Source: Candidatus Methanosuratincola mesotaenarum
GTDB lineage: Archaea > Thermoproteota > Methanomethylicia > Methanomethylicales > Methanomethylicaceae
Length of the DNA: 64,000 bases
Assembly (NCBI GenBank): GCA_038801705.1
Contig: JAULTC010000002.1
Span: 323,127 to 387,126 of the forward strand
Direction of reading: 5' to 3'
In this document: positions 40,459-49,321 of the stretch, in pieces
Layout: the number at the start of each line of letters is the position of its first letter
Numbering within the stretch: the stretch's first letter is position 1
Made by a program: the position numbers and the translations under genes
Notes under the pieces: generated by a model
Told to the model about the DNA's origin: nothing
The model's database searches: none
Seen by the model: the letters and a program-made list of their open reading frames with translations, nothing else

Positions 40459-40994
40459 CTTTGAATCCAAACCTTTAGGTTGTAGCCAAACAATTCCTGC
40501 TTCTTCATCAGGGCATCCTTAATGTTCACAGCCAGGTCCCTAGGATTCCCTGCGAAACCTGGCACATGTACGTTAATACAAACTTCGTTCCCTTGGATCT
40601 GAGGGTCAATTTTGCCGCAAGTATACCCTGACTTCTCTACTTCTTTCCTGACCACGGGCTCTGCAATCGACGGTATTCTCATGAGTGGCTCCTTCTCGTA
40701 GTAGTCATAGAGCATGACCGCATACATGAGTATTTTCTGTAGCTTCGGCTTTTGCCCATCGTATTTGCTGATCAGTTCCGAAACATAAGCAAACGTATCC
40801 CTCCCGCTCAAGGTGCCTTCGAGAGTCCTAGAGAACTGCCTCTTCGCATAGGCATCGAGATATTCGATAGGCTTGACCTTAGACAGGCGGTACAGTTCAG
40901 TCAGCTGTTTCCTGCCCATCCCCGACTCCACGGCTTTCTTCGCAAGCGTTTCGCCTTCCATCTTCAGATCTTTCTCTTCAGACATTTGGATCAC
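40455..40994 (-). CDS. Putative Cas11 small subunit with extra C-terminal domain
   Basis: Lies between cas10 and csm3 with overlapping stop and start codons; helical N-terminal about 100 aa (QLTELYRL, YLDAYAKRQFSR, LMYAVMLYDY). Confidence 0.6.
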   Translation of the reverse strand: MIQMSEEKDLKMEGETLAKKAVESGMGRKQLTELYRLSKVKPIEYLDAYAKRQFSRTLEGTLSGRDTFAYVSELISKYDGQKPKLQKILMYAVMLYDYYEKEPLMRIPSIAEPVVRKEVEKSGYTCGKIDPQIQGNEVCINVHVPGFAGNPRDLAVNIKDALMKKQELFGYNLKVWIQR

Positions 40995-42877
40995 CTTGAA
41001 AGATTATACAGTGAAAACGCGTCCTTGATCAGACCGGAGCCGATCGCGGAAAGGATCCGCTCGCCCTCGCTCCAGCTTATAGTGCCCCTCCCCATCCGGC
41101 TTTTCAGGATGGCTTCTGCCATGACCGGGTTTTTAGCGTTGACCGTAGCGATGTTCCTGAGCTGGCCCGAGGCGACGCCGCCCTTCTCCATCGAGGCAGC
41201 CAAATCGATCAGTTCCTTCAGTTCGTCCCAGCTCCTCGAATCGAATCTGTAGAGGCTTTCCTCGTCTGCGGACGTGCTACCAAGGATCGCGAAAGCAACC
41301 CTGTTCTTCCCCTCTTCCTTTGCCCTCTGGAGGAGCCTAGCGGAAGATTCAAGGCCTACGTAGATTGGGAGCTGATACTGAAACATAGAGACGCCCGCAG
41401 ACATCGTGCACGCGCCCGCCGTAGCCTCGTTGAACTTATGCGCGACCTCCATAGCTGTCTCGAGGGCTACTTGGCCCGGGACCAAGGCGAGCAGGTCGTC
41501 CCCACCGGCAAAGACTATGCTGTTCGAAGTCGCACGGCGCGAGATCACCGGTCCGAATTCCTGTTCGCAGGTCCTGTGTATCAGACCGCTGACGGTCGAG
41601 ACCCTCGAAGGCGTGCTCGCTTTCCCAAGTTCCTTAAAGACCTTCCCCGCAAAGACCTGCCCTATACGGTCACCGTCTGCCCTGATGCAGCCCACGAGGT
41701 TGTTCTTGTCTTTGAGGTCGTCCAGCCAGATCCCTTTCCCCTTCTGCCGCATTTCCCAGCAGACGTCGCATAGCCTTTCAGGCCTGGGCGAAGCGTCGAT
41801 CGGCAGTATCCTTAGGTCGTCGTCCTTCGAAGCTTGGCGGGACCCGCAGACGTCGCAGGCTTCAGCCCCCTCAGGCACATCGATCCTCGGCAGGTGGATC
41901 CTCTTCCCCTTCTCTATGCGCATATTTGCCATCGCCTTTTCCCAGAGGCTGCCAAAGTTGCGCATGAAGGCATTCCCATCCGCTGTGATGCTGGCGACGG
42001 TCATTGTTGCCCTGCCCGAGGTGGCTTCCTCGAAGCTCTGCTTCATGGTTTCCATAACCTCTTCTTTGCGCGATGTAGGCGAAAGTACGAGGGCACTGCC
42101 CCCCGCAGCGAACAGGACGCACTCTGGCCCCAGCTTCTCTGCCATGGCGTTTCTAACTTCTTCCGTTGCATATTTGATGAGCGCGCTCCTTGAATTCAGG
42201 TCGGGGAGGCGCTTTGATTCATTGATGAACCCAGAGATCCGGTCCGCATCCCCGCTAATGAGGGCAAAATTATAACAGCTCAAGTTTGTGCCGTTCGACC
42301 CATCAAGGTAAATGCAGGTCGAAAAAGCTGCAGTCAGTTTGAGATGATCCCACAGCGAAACATCGTTATTCGGCTTTCTGGTGTCCGCAGGAACTTTGTG
42401 GAGCCTGGATTTCCTGAGCGCCTCAAAGACCTTGGTGTAGCAACCCTTCGGATCTTTCCTGAGCTCGCCCTCAAGACTCCCAAGGCTAGCGGCTATCTCC
42501 TGGGAAATATAAGCCAAATCCCGTGCTTCGAGTTTTCCGGCGGTCTTGTCCTTAGAGAGTATGTGAGCCAACTCTATAGGCGGGGTCGGAAGCGGGGTGC
42601 CGGGCATATGGGCTTCTGACCTGTCAGATCCGGCTGCAATGTTGTCCGCTAGAGCGATTATCCACTGCAAACGGTTCTCCGGGTGATACATTTCAGGATA
42701 AGAAGGCCCCGTGTGGTGCTTGCACGCATTTTCAGCTATTTCTTCACCGAGGCACCTCTTGACGAATGATCGGGTGTATGAAACATGCTTTGACCACCCT
42801 TCTCTGTTGGCCCAGCACTCCAGCTTGCCTATATCGTGCAGCAGGGCTGAAAGCCGGACCGTTTCAAGCTCGCTCAT
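40991..42877 (-). CDS. cas10: Cas10 (HD nuclease plus Palm/cyclase), compact 628 aa
   Basis: LLHDIGK, ADNIAAGSDR, VSLWDHLK, FAAGGS, CDVC/CDVC Zn finger, ADGD, FAGGDDLL. Confidence 0.92.
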   Translation of the reverse strand: MSELETVRLSALLHDIGKLECWANREGWSKHVSYTRSFVKRCLGEEIAENACKHHTGPSYPEMYHPENRLQWIIALADNIAAGSDRSEAHMPGTPLPTPPIELAHILSKDKTAGKLEARDLAYISQEIAASLGSLEGELRKDPKGCYTKVFEALRKSRLHKVPADTRKPNNDVSLWDHLKLTAAFSTCIYLDGSNGTNLSCYNFALISGDADRISGFINESKRLPDLNSRSALIKYATEEVRNAMAEKLGPECVLFAAGGSALVLSPTSRKEEVMETMKQSFEEATSGRATMTVASITADGNAFMRNFGSLWEKAMANMRIEKGKRIHLPRIDVPEGAEACDVCGSRQASKDDDLRILPIDASPRPERLCDVCWEMRQKGKGIWLDDLKDKNNLVGCIRADGDRIGQVFAGKVFKELGKASTPSRVSTVSGLIHRTCEQEFGPVISRRATSNSIVFAGGDDLLALVPGQVALETAMEVAHKFNEATAGACTMSAGVSMFQYQLPIYVGLESSARLLQRAKEEGKNRVAFAILGSTSADEESLYRFDSRSWDELKELIDLAASMEKGGVASGQLRNIATVNAKNPVMAEAILKSRMGRGTISWSEGERILSAIGSGLIKDAFSLYNLSR

Positions 42878-43093
42878 AACAAAGTTTACCTTAAAATAAT
42901 ATGAAGTTATAGCTTAAAAAGCTATTTGGTATATTTCATATCTCAAACTGATTATGTTTAACAACAATAGGGCATTTCCTGTTTATTTTTTGATTAAAAT
43001 TTACAACATTATAAATTATCCGAACCACTATTTGTAACTACAAACCGTAGCATTGCTTTCTTTTGCCGTAATCGTGTAAATTTCATGCGGTGA

Positions 43094-43648
43094 ATGTTTT
43101 TGGCAAGGAAGCAGAACAGCTTTTACGCTTATGTATGCATGGCGATAACCCTCGTTGTTCTCCTTGCAATAGCGGTTGTGGCGTTCAACTACATCGCCCC
43201 GGGGCTTTCAGGCATTGATGTCGGCGCCGGGCAGCAGGAGCCCGGACTCGTGCCGGTGAAGATAGTCAACAAGCCAACCCTGACAATAACGGCCATGGAC
43301 CGCAACGGCAACATCATCAGCGACTCGGGCCCGTTCAACATGATCGGCCTCGCGGGCGCCCAGTTCACGGTCAACGTCGTCAACACCGAAGCCGACAGCG
43401 GCTGGAATGCCACCTGCAGCCCGATTGACAGGGCCAACCTCGGCCTGGCGGCAGTGACGACACCCAGCAGAACTCCTGCAGCCCCTTCTTTGAGTAGGGC
43501 CGAGGCGGAGGAGGCGTTTGTCATCTTCGGTCAGTTGCTCCATCAGTTGCCACACGAGCCTGCCCCTCCGGCGACCGCGCCGGCAGTCCGTTGCGGCATG
43601 AGACACATGACCGCCAAGGCAAGGCGCTACTTGTTGTGGGCTTTGTAG
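43094..43648 (+). CDS. Hypothetical membrane-anchored protein, possibly a fragment
   Basis: N-terminal TM helix and plausible beta-rich sequence up to about 43465; low-complexity tail afterwards. Confidence 0.35.
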   Translation: MFLARKQNSFYAYVCMAITLVVLLAIAVVAFNYIAPGLSGIDVGAGQQEPGLVPVKIVNKPTLTITAMDRNGNIISDSGPFNMIGLAGAQFTVNVVNTEADSGWNATCSPIDRANLGLAAVTTPSRTPAAPSLSRAEAEEAFVIFGQLLHQLPHEPAPPATAPAVRCGMRHMTAKARRYLLWAL

Positions 43649-44115
43649 TAATTTACGAGCCCGCCGCTTTTGAGTATTTCCTGCAGGAAGGGCGGCAGCG
43701 GCGCGGACCTTAGCGCCCCATTCTTGGTCTTCACGCCCCCGGAGTCCAGGTCGATCTCGATGACGTCCCCCTCCCCTACCGCCTTGCTGATGCCCTTCGC
43801 CTCTATCAGTGGCAGGCCGTTGTTTATCGCGTTCCGGAAGAATATCCTCGCGAACGACTCAGCGACGACAGCCGCCGCGCCTGCCCACTTTATCGCGAGC
43901 GCCGCCTGCTCCCTGCTTGATCCGCAGCCGAAGTTCTTGCCGGCAACGATTATGTCGCCCGGCTTTATCTTGGAGCTGAACTCCGGATCCAGCCCCTCGA
44001 GCACGTGCTTCGGCCAGACGGTCTTGTCGACCGACCTTAGGTACTTGGCAGGGATTATGACGTCGGTGTCGACGTCGTCCCCGAACTTCCACACCCTCCC
44101 CTTGAGCACTACCAT
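43627..44115 (-). CDS. leuD: 3-isopropylmalate dehydratase/homoaconitase small subunit
   Basis: [39 protein letters not shown]. Confidence 0.93.
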   Translation of the reverse strand: MVVLKGRVWKFGDDVDTDVIIPAKYLRSVDKTVWPKHVLEGLDPEFSSKIKPGDIIVAGKNFGCGSSREQAALAIKWAGAAAVVAESFARIFFRNAINNGLPLIEAKGISKAVGEGDVIEIDLDSGGVKTKNGALRSAPLPPFLQEILKSGGLVNYYKAHNK

Positions 44116-44117
44116 CA

Positions 44118-45353
44118 CTAAACCCTCCTCGGATCAGTTATCTTGCCCTCTATGGCGGATGCCGCGACCGCCTGCGGCGACGCAAGGTAGACGGAGGAGC
44201 TCCTCGCCCCCATGCGGCCTATGAAGTTCCGGTTGGACGTCGATATGCAGACCTCGTTCTCTCCTATGACGCCCATGTGTACGCCGAGGCAAGGTCCGCA
44301 GCCGGTGACCCCTATTATTGCGCCCGCCTCGAGGAATACGTCCAGGAGGCCGTCCCTCTGAGCGTCGATATAGGTCTCCTTCGACGCAGGGATCACGATC
44401 ATGCGGGTGTCGCGGTGTATCTTCCTGTGCCGGAGCAGCCGCGCCGCCTCGTAGAGGTCCTCGTACCTGCCGTTGGTGCAGGAGCCGAGGAACGCCTGGT
44501 CTATGTGGACGCCCTCGACCTCGGATATCGGCTTGACGTTGGCGACGCTCCCGGGGCACGCAACCTGCGGCTCCAGCCTTCCGGCGTCGACCTCGATCTT
44601 CGGAACGGGGTGGTCGGTCTTGAACCTCTTGCCGTCAGGCCGGTTGAGGAAGACCGCGGTCTTGTCGTCGGCTTCGATGAAGCCGGTCTTTGCACCCATC
44701 TCGACCGCCATGTTGGACATGGTCATCCTTGATGCCTGGGACATCGCCTTGACCGCCCCACCGGCGAACTCCAGCGCCTTGTATGTCGCGCCGTCTGTGC
44801 CTATGACCCTGACGATCTCGAGGATCAGGTCCTTCGATGACACTCGGTCGTCCAGGACGCCCGCGCACTCCACCATGAGCGTCTCGGGAACCTTCATCCA
44901 CGTCTTGCCGGTCGCGAGTATGTAGGCAAGGTCGGTCGCGCCGACGCCGGTCGAGAAGATGCCGAAAGCCCCAAGGGTGCACGTGTGCGAGTCCGCGCCG
45001 AAGACGATCTGCCCAGGAGCAACATAGCCCTTCTCAGGTATGACCTGGTGGCATATCCCGTCGCCGAGGTCGTGGAAGCGCGGAATCCCCTGGGCGCGCG
45101 CGAACCGCCTGACCTTCGCCTGTAGGGTCGCGCCTTGGTCGTTGTACGGTGGCACGGAGTGGTCGAAGACGATGCCGACCTTCTCCTTGTCATTTATCCG
45201 GTCTACGCCCATCTCATCGAGGGCGTCGATGACGAGCGGCCCGGTCCCGTCGTGGAAGTATGCGAAGTCGACGGGGGCATCGACGAACTCCCCTTCGCTG
45301 ACCTTCCTTCCGAGGGCGCTCGAGATGATCTTTTCGACAGCCGTGCTGCCCAT
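44118..45353 (-). CDS. leuC: 3-isopropylmalate dehydratase/homoaconitase large subunit
   Basis: DSHTCT.GA, GSCTNGR, GCGPCLG, STSNRNF.GRMG; start set at ATG 45353. Confidence 0.93.
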   Translation of the reverse strand: MGSTAVEKIISSALGRKVSEGEFVDAPVDFAYFHDGTGPLVIDALDEMGVDRINDKEKVGIVFDHSVPPYNDQGATLQAKVRRFARAQGIPRFHDLGDGICHQVIPEKGYVAPGQIVFGADSHTCTLGAFGIFSTGVGATDLAYILATGKTWMKVPETLMVECAGVLDDRVSSKDLILEIVRVIGTDGATYKALEFAGGAVKAMSQASRMTMSNMAVEMGAKTGFIEADDKTAVFLNRPDGKRFKTDHPVPKIEVDAGRLEPQVACPGSVANVKPISEVEGVHIDQAFLGSCTNGRYEDLYEAARLLRHRKIHRDTRMIVIPASKETYIDAQRDGLLDVFLEAGAIIGVTGCGPCLGVHMGVIGENEVCISTSNRNFIGRMGARSSSVYLASPQAVAASAIEGKITDPRRV

Positions 45354-45475
45354 TGCAATTACCCCACGTATAGAGCGCCGGTCGAATATTTCTAGTTGTT
45401 GATTCTGCAACTGCCGAACCGGCTGCGGGGGGCGCATTGATTCAGGGGAACGCCATTATTACATTTTATTATGCG

Positions 45476-45492
45476 TTATGACAGCATCATAA
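45476..45492. promoter_or_regulatory. Palindrome TTATGA-N5-TCATAA upstream of the glutamate synthase operon
   Basis: Perfect inverted repeat just 5' of a BRE/TATA-like AAATAGGTCTTTATA. Confidence 0.55.
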
Positions 45493-45551
45493 ATAGGTCT
45501 TTATAGCCTGATGCGGAGTCTGCATTGCTTCATCAAAAAGAGGCGGTTCTA

Positions 45552-46463
45552 ATGTGCGGAATAGCAGGAGTCGTGTTCGACGGCACCGGCGAGACAGGAA
45601 CCCTACTTATGACGATGCTCAGGGGGCTGCAGCACAGGGGATTGGATTCGGCAGGCGCAGCGTTCTTCAACACTGAGGTCAGGGGCGATGACGAGTATGT
45701 CATAAGGGTCTTCACGAAGGACGCCGTTGGTGTCATCAGCAAAGTATCCACAGCGATTGCTGAGGCGGGCGGCGACATCCGGAACATCAGCATAAAGACG
45801 ATGAACGGCTATGGCTTCGACAGGTACATCATTAAGGCAAAGGATGTAGATGTGAGGCGCATCGTTGATAAAATCAACGGCACCGAGGTCTCCAAGGTCC
45901 TGAGCGCGGGCAGGAGGATGGACATAATCAAGGACGCGACGACCGTAGACGAGCTGGACAGCAACTTTGAGCTCAGCAAGTTCTCTGGGACCCATGCGAT
46001 AGGGCACGTCCGGTTCTCCACCGAGAGCAAGGTGGACCTGCTGCATGCCCACCCGTTCCAGTCGTTCGACCACCTTGACGTGGCGCTGGTCCACAATGGC
46101 CAGATAACCAACTACTGGAAGAGCAGGGAGAGGCTTGAGAGGCGGGGGTTCAAGTTCCAGACTAACAACGACTCCGAGCTGATAGTCCACTACATAATCG
46201 AGAAGCTGAACGAAGGGGATGGGCTCTCGGACGCGCTTGAGGCGTCCGTGGCTGACCTTGACGGGCCTTTCTCGTACATCGTGTCCACCGGCACCGAGGT
46301 CGGCATGGTCAGAGACAAGCTAGGGCTCAGGCCGATGGTGCTCCTGGAGGGGGGCAGCATAAGAGCCGTAGCGTCGGAGGAGAGCGCCCTGAGGATGCTA
46401 GGCAAGGGAGGTACCGTGAGGAACGTAAAGCCGGGGGAGGCGGTCGTATGGTCAGCGAGGTGA
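45552..46463 (+). CDS. Class II glutamine amidotransferase (GltB1/GlxB) with ACT-like insert
   Basis: MCGIAG N-terminal Cys, HRG.DSAG, GHVRFST, AHPF, HNGQITN, DSE. Confidence 0.9.
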   Translation: MCGIAGVVFDGTGETGTLLMTMLRGLQHRGLDSAGAAFFNTEVRGDDEYVIRVFTKDAVGVISKVSTAIAEAGGDIRNISIKTMNGYGFDRYIIKAKDVDVRRIVDKINGTEVSKVLSAGRRMDIIKDATTVDELDSNFELSKFSGTHAIGHVRFSTESKVDLLHAHPFQSFDHLDVALVHNGQITNYWKSRERLERRGFKFQTNNDSELIVHYIIEKLNEGDGLSDALEASVADLDGPFSYIVSTGTEVGMVRDKLGLRPMVLLEGGSIRAVASEESALRMLGKGGTVRNVKPGEAVVWSAR

Positions 46464-48583
46464 AGGTCATAGACGGGGCAAGGGGCACGACGCGCGAGCT
46501 GAACGAGGCGCTCAGGGCGGTTGCCGGCGCACTCGGGACCGGCGAGGCGGAGGCGGTTGCGATAAATGAGCCTGGGGGCCGCCACCACATAGCGGCCGGG
46601 CTTACGGGGCGGCTCTTGATAGAGGTCAGAGGCCCGGTCGGATACTTCGCAGGGACGATGATAGACGGCCCAAATCTGACAATCAGTGGCAACGCGGGAT
46701 GGTTCCTCGGAGACAACATGACCCGGGGTAGCATAAGCGTCGGCGGGCACGCCGGGAATGGTGCGGGCCAGGGCATCTACGGAGGCAAGATCGTGGTCAC
46801 GGGTGACGCCGGCGACAGGGTCGGTGCGCTCATGAAAGGTGGGACCGTCATAGTCGGTGGAGGCACGGGGATAATGACGGGGCTTTACATGATGGGCGGG
46901 GAGGTGATAGTGCTGGGCAGGCTGGGTGACTACGCCGGCGAGTCCATCATGGGCGGCAGGATCTTCTTCGGTGGCGGGGTTCCGGTGCTAGGTAAGAACG
47001 CGAAGGTGGAGGCCGCGACCCGTGATGAGGTGGACCACGTGGCGTCGGTCGTCTCGGGCACGGGGCTGATGGTCCCTGACGACCTCAGCAAGATAGTGCC
47101 GGAGAACCCAAGGTACTTCGTGAAGATGGATAGCGGCGCCATTAACGGCAGGAGGGAGAGGCTGAGGCACATGGTCACGATAGACCACGGCGTCTGCAGG
47201 GCCTGCGGGGTGTGCCAGAAGGTCTGCCCGCAGGGCGTCTTCAGGATGGCCAAGCCGGACTACATGGCGCCCGTCAACGACATGGAGTGCGTCGGCTGCG
47301 AGGTCTGCGTCGAGCTGTGCACCTCAAGGGCGATCAGGGTGATGCCGGTGCCGGAGCCGCCCAAGGGGAACTGGAGCGGGCGCGACATCAACGACCTGCA
47401 GCTCAAGGCGTCGAAGGGCCACACCCCGGTGAGGGGGATGGGGGCGTGGCAGAGGTTCCCGCACTTTGACGACCTTGTATTCCTCTGCGCCCAGAACTCG
47501 AGGCCGCCAATCGACCACTACAGGGAGCCGTGCAGCACCGAGGTTGTCCTTGGGGCGAGGTTTGCTGAGAGACCGCTCAGGCTGAAGGCGCCTATAATAA
47601 TTGGGGCGATGTCGTTCGGGGCGGTGAGCAGGGAGGTAAAGCTCGCAGTGGCGAGGGCGGCGACGAGGGTCGGGATAGCGACCAACACCGGAGAGGGGGG
47701 CATGCTGAAGGACGAGAGGGGGGCTGCATCGACTCTGATAGCGCAGTATGCCTCCGGCAGGTTCGGGGTTTCGGCTGCCTACCTGCAGATGGCGGATGCC
47801 ATAGAGATAAAGATCGGGCAGGGGGCGAAGGGCGGGCAGGGGGGGCTCCTCATGGGGGAGAAGGTCACGGAGGAGGTCGCGCAGGTGAGAGGCATACCCA
47901 TCGGGGCGGATGCGGTGAGCCCTGCGCGGCACCTAGATATCGTCGGACCGGAGGACCTCAAGATGAAGATAGAGCAGCTAAGGGAGATAACCGACTGGAA
48001 GGTCCCCATAGCGGTCAAGTACTCTGCGGGCAGGGCGGGTGACGACGCCAAGATTGCGGCGAAGGCCGGTGCAGACATAATAGTAATCGATGGAAAGCAG
48101 GGAGGGACTGGCGCAGCTCCCGAAATAGTCATAGAGCATGCAGGTCTGCCAACGCTGCCTGCCCTCGTCGAGGCGGAGAGGGGGCTGAAGGAGGTGGGCT
48201 TGAGGGATGAGGTGAACCTCGTGATCTCCGGTGCGATAAGGAACGGGGCTGACATCGCGAAGGCGATTGCGCTCGGGGCGGACGCCGTAGCGATGTCGAC
48301 CGGCGTGCTCGTAGCTATGGGATGCAGGATATGCGGCCTCTGCTCAACCGGCAGGTGCCCGCGCGGTATAGCCACGCAGGACCCGGCGCTTAGGAGGAGG
48401 CTGAGGGTCGACGATGCCGCCCAGAGGGTTGAGAACTACCTGAACGCGACGATAGAGGAGCTCGAGATGTTCACGCAGCTCTCCGGGAAGACCTGCGCGA
48501 GCAACCTGGACCGTGATGACCTGAGGGCACTGACTGCGGACGCTGCAGCCATCTCCGGAGTCAGGCTTGCTGGCACTGATTAG
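46448..48583 (+). CDS. Glutamate synthase fusion: GXGXG domain + ferredoxin + FMN-binding domain
   Basis: GXGXG repeats in the first 220 aa, CRACGVC/CVGCEVC, AMSFGA, NTGEGG, EIKIGQGAKGGQGG, CRICGLCSTGRC. Confidence 0.9.
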   Translation: MVSEVKVIDGARGTTRELNEALRAVAGALGTGEAEAVAINEPGGRHHIAAGLTGRLLIEVRGPVGYFAGTMIDGPNLTISGNAGWFLGDNMTRGSISVGGHAGNGAGQGIYGGKIVVTGDAGDRVGALMKGGTVIVGGGTGIMTGLYMMGGEVIVLGRLGDYAGESIMGGRIFFGGGVPVLGKNAKVEAATRDEVDHVASVVSGTGLMVPDDLSKIVPENPRYFVKMDSGAINGRRERLRHMVTIDHGVCRACGVCQKVCPQGVFRMAKPDYMAPVNDMECVGCEVCVELCTSRAIRVMPVPEPPKGNWSGRDINDLQLKASKGHTPVRGMGAWQRFPHFDDLVFLCAQNSRPPIDHYREPCSTEVVLGARFAERPLRLKAPIIIGAMSFGAVSREVKLAVARAATRVGIATNTGEGGMLKDERGAASTLIAQYASGRFGVSAAYLQMADAIEIKIGQGAKGGQGGLLMGEKVTEEVAQVRGIPIGADAVSPARHLDIVGPEDLKMKIEQLREITDWKVPIAVKYSAGRAGDDAKIAAKAGADIIVIDGKQGGTGAAPEIVIEHAGLPTLPALVEAERGLKEVGLRDEVNLVISGAIRNGADIAKAIALGADAVAMSTGVLVAMGCRICGLCSTGRCPRGIATQDPALRRRLRVDDAAQRVENYLNATIEELEMFTQLSGKTCASNLDRDDLRALTADAAAISGVRLAGTD

Positions 48584-48640
48584 CCCAGCATTGACGCAGG
48601 CACCGCCTTTTTTTATTCGCCTACGCCTAGCCTATGGCGG

Positions 48641-49168
48641 CTACCTCACGATGATGCGCAGCTTGGTCAGGTCTTCTTTTATCTCGCATTCCTTGTGTAT
48701 GGCGCGGAGCACCTCCTCAAGGAAGGTCTTGGTGAAGCGCTTCAGCTCGTCGCTCCCGAATACCAATATGAAGTTGTCGCCGGACTGGGAGAGCCTGAAG
48801 AAGTTGCATGCCTCAAGACGCTCAAGAATCTGCCTAACGCTCATCCCCCGAAACTGCTCCGAGTGGTTCCTCGCCACGGTCCGGTGCGAGGCGTCCCAGA
48901 CCTTTGAGGTCTCGCTCGATCCTTCCGCTATCTTGAGGAGCGTGATAAGGTGGTCGAGGTCCAGTATGACGTGCTCGCCGCTGGAGAGCATGTCGTAGTA
49001 GACCCTCACGTTTCCCAGATCGTGCTCGTCCATCCCTTTAAAGGAGTGGTAGAGCTTTAGGGCCTTCCTTATTATGCTGCTTTGCGACTCTCCGCCCTTC
49101 ACTAGCTCTTCAAAATACTTCTCAGTAGCCTCGTCAAGGGCAATGCTAGTTCTTCGGGGAGGTGCCAT
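48641..49168 (-). CDS. Ribbon-helix-helix (CopG-like) regulator with C-terminal ligand-type domain
   Basis: RTSIALDE...SQSSIIRKAL RHH pattern; divergent from amt. Confidence 0.8.
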   Translation of the reverse strand: MAPPRRTSIALDEATEKYFEELVKGGESQSSIIRKALKLYHSFKGMDEHDLGNVRVYYDMLSSGEHVILDLDHLITLLKIAEGSSETSKVWDASHRTVARNHSEQFRGMSVRQILERLEACNFFRLSQSGDNFILVFGSDELKRFTKTFLEEVLRAIHKECEIKEDLTKLRIIVR

Positions 49169-49201
49169 AGAATATTAGGTCACCAATCTCCCATAAATAT
49201 T

Positions 49202-49218
49202 TTATTATTTTTTCATAA
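49202..49218. promoter_or_regulatory. TTATTA-N5-TCATAA, second copy of the candidate operator
   Basis: One mismatch from the 45476 palindrome; in the RHH/amt divergent promoter region. Confidence 0.45.
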
Positions 49219-49321
49219 AAAATATGAACCGTTATCTAAAAATAAACCGTTTTAATAAATATTCTTTTATATTTTGTAGCTTATCTTCGATAGAATGTCA
49301 TAATGGAATGAAGGTTGGATA

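Noticed and set aside
40991-42877. Assignment of the cas locus to subtype III-F or I-D
   Set aside because: GGDD is intact and a CARF effector is present (unlike III-F); there is no cas3, and the HD-Palm layout is Cas10 rather than Cas10d.
43189-43606. Minus-strand ORFs downstream of leuD as leuB
   Set aside because: No GDGIG or other isopropylmalate dehydrogenase motif in any frame.
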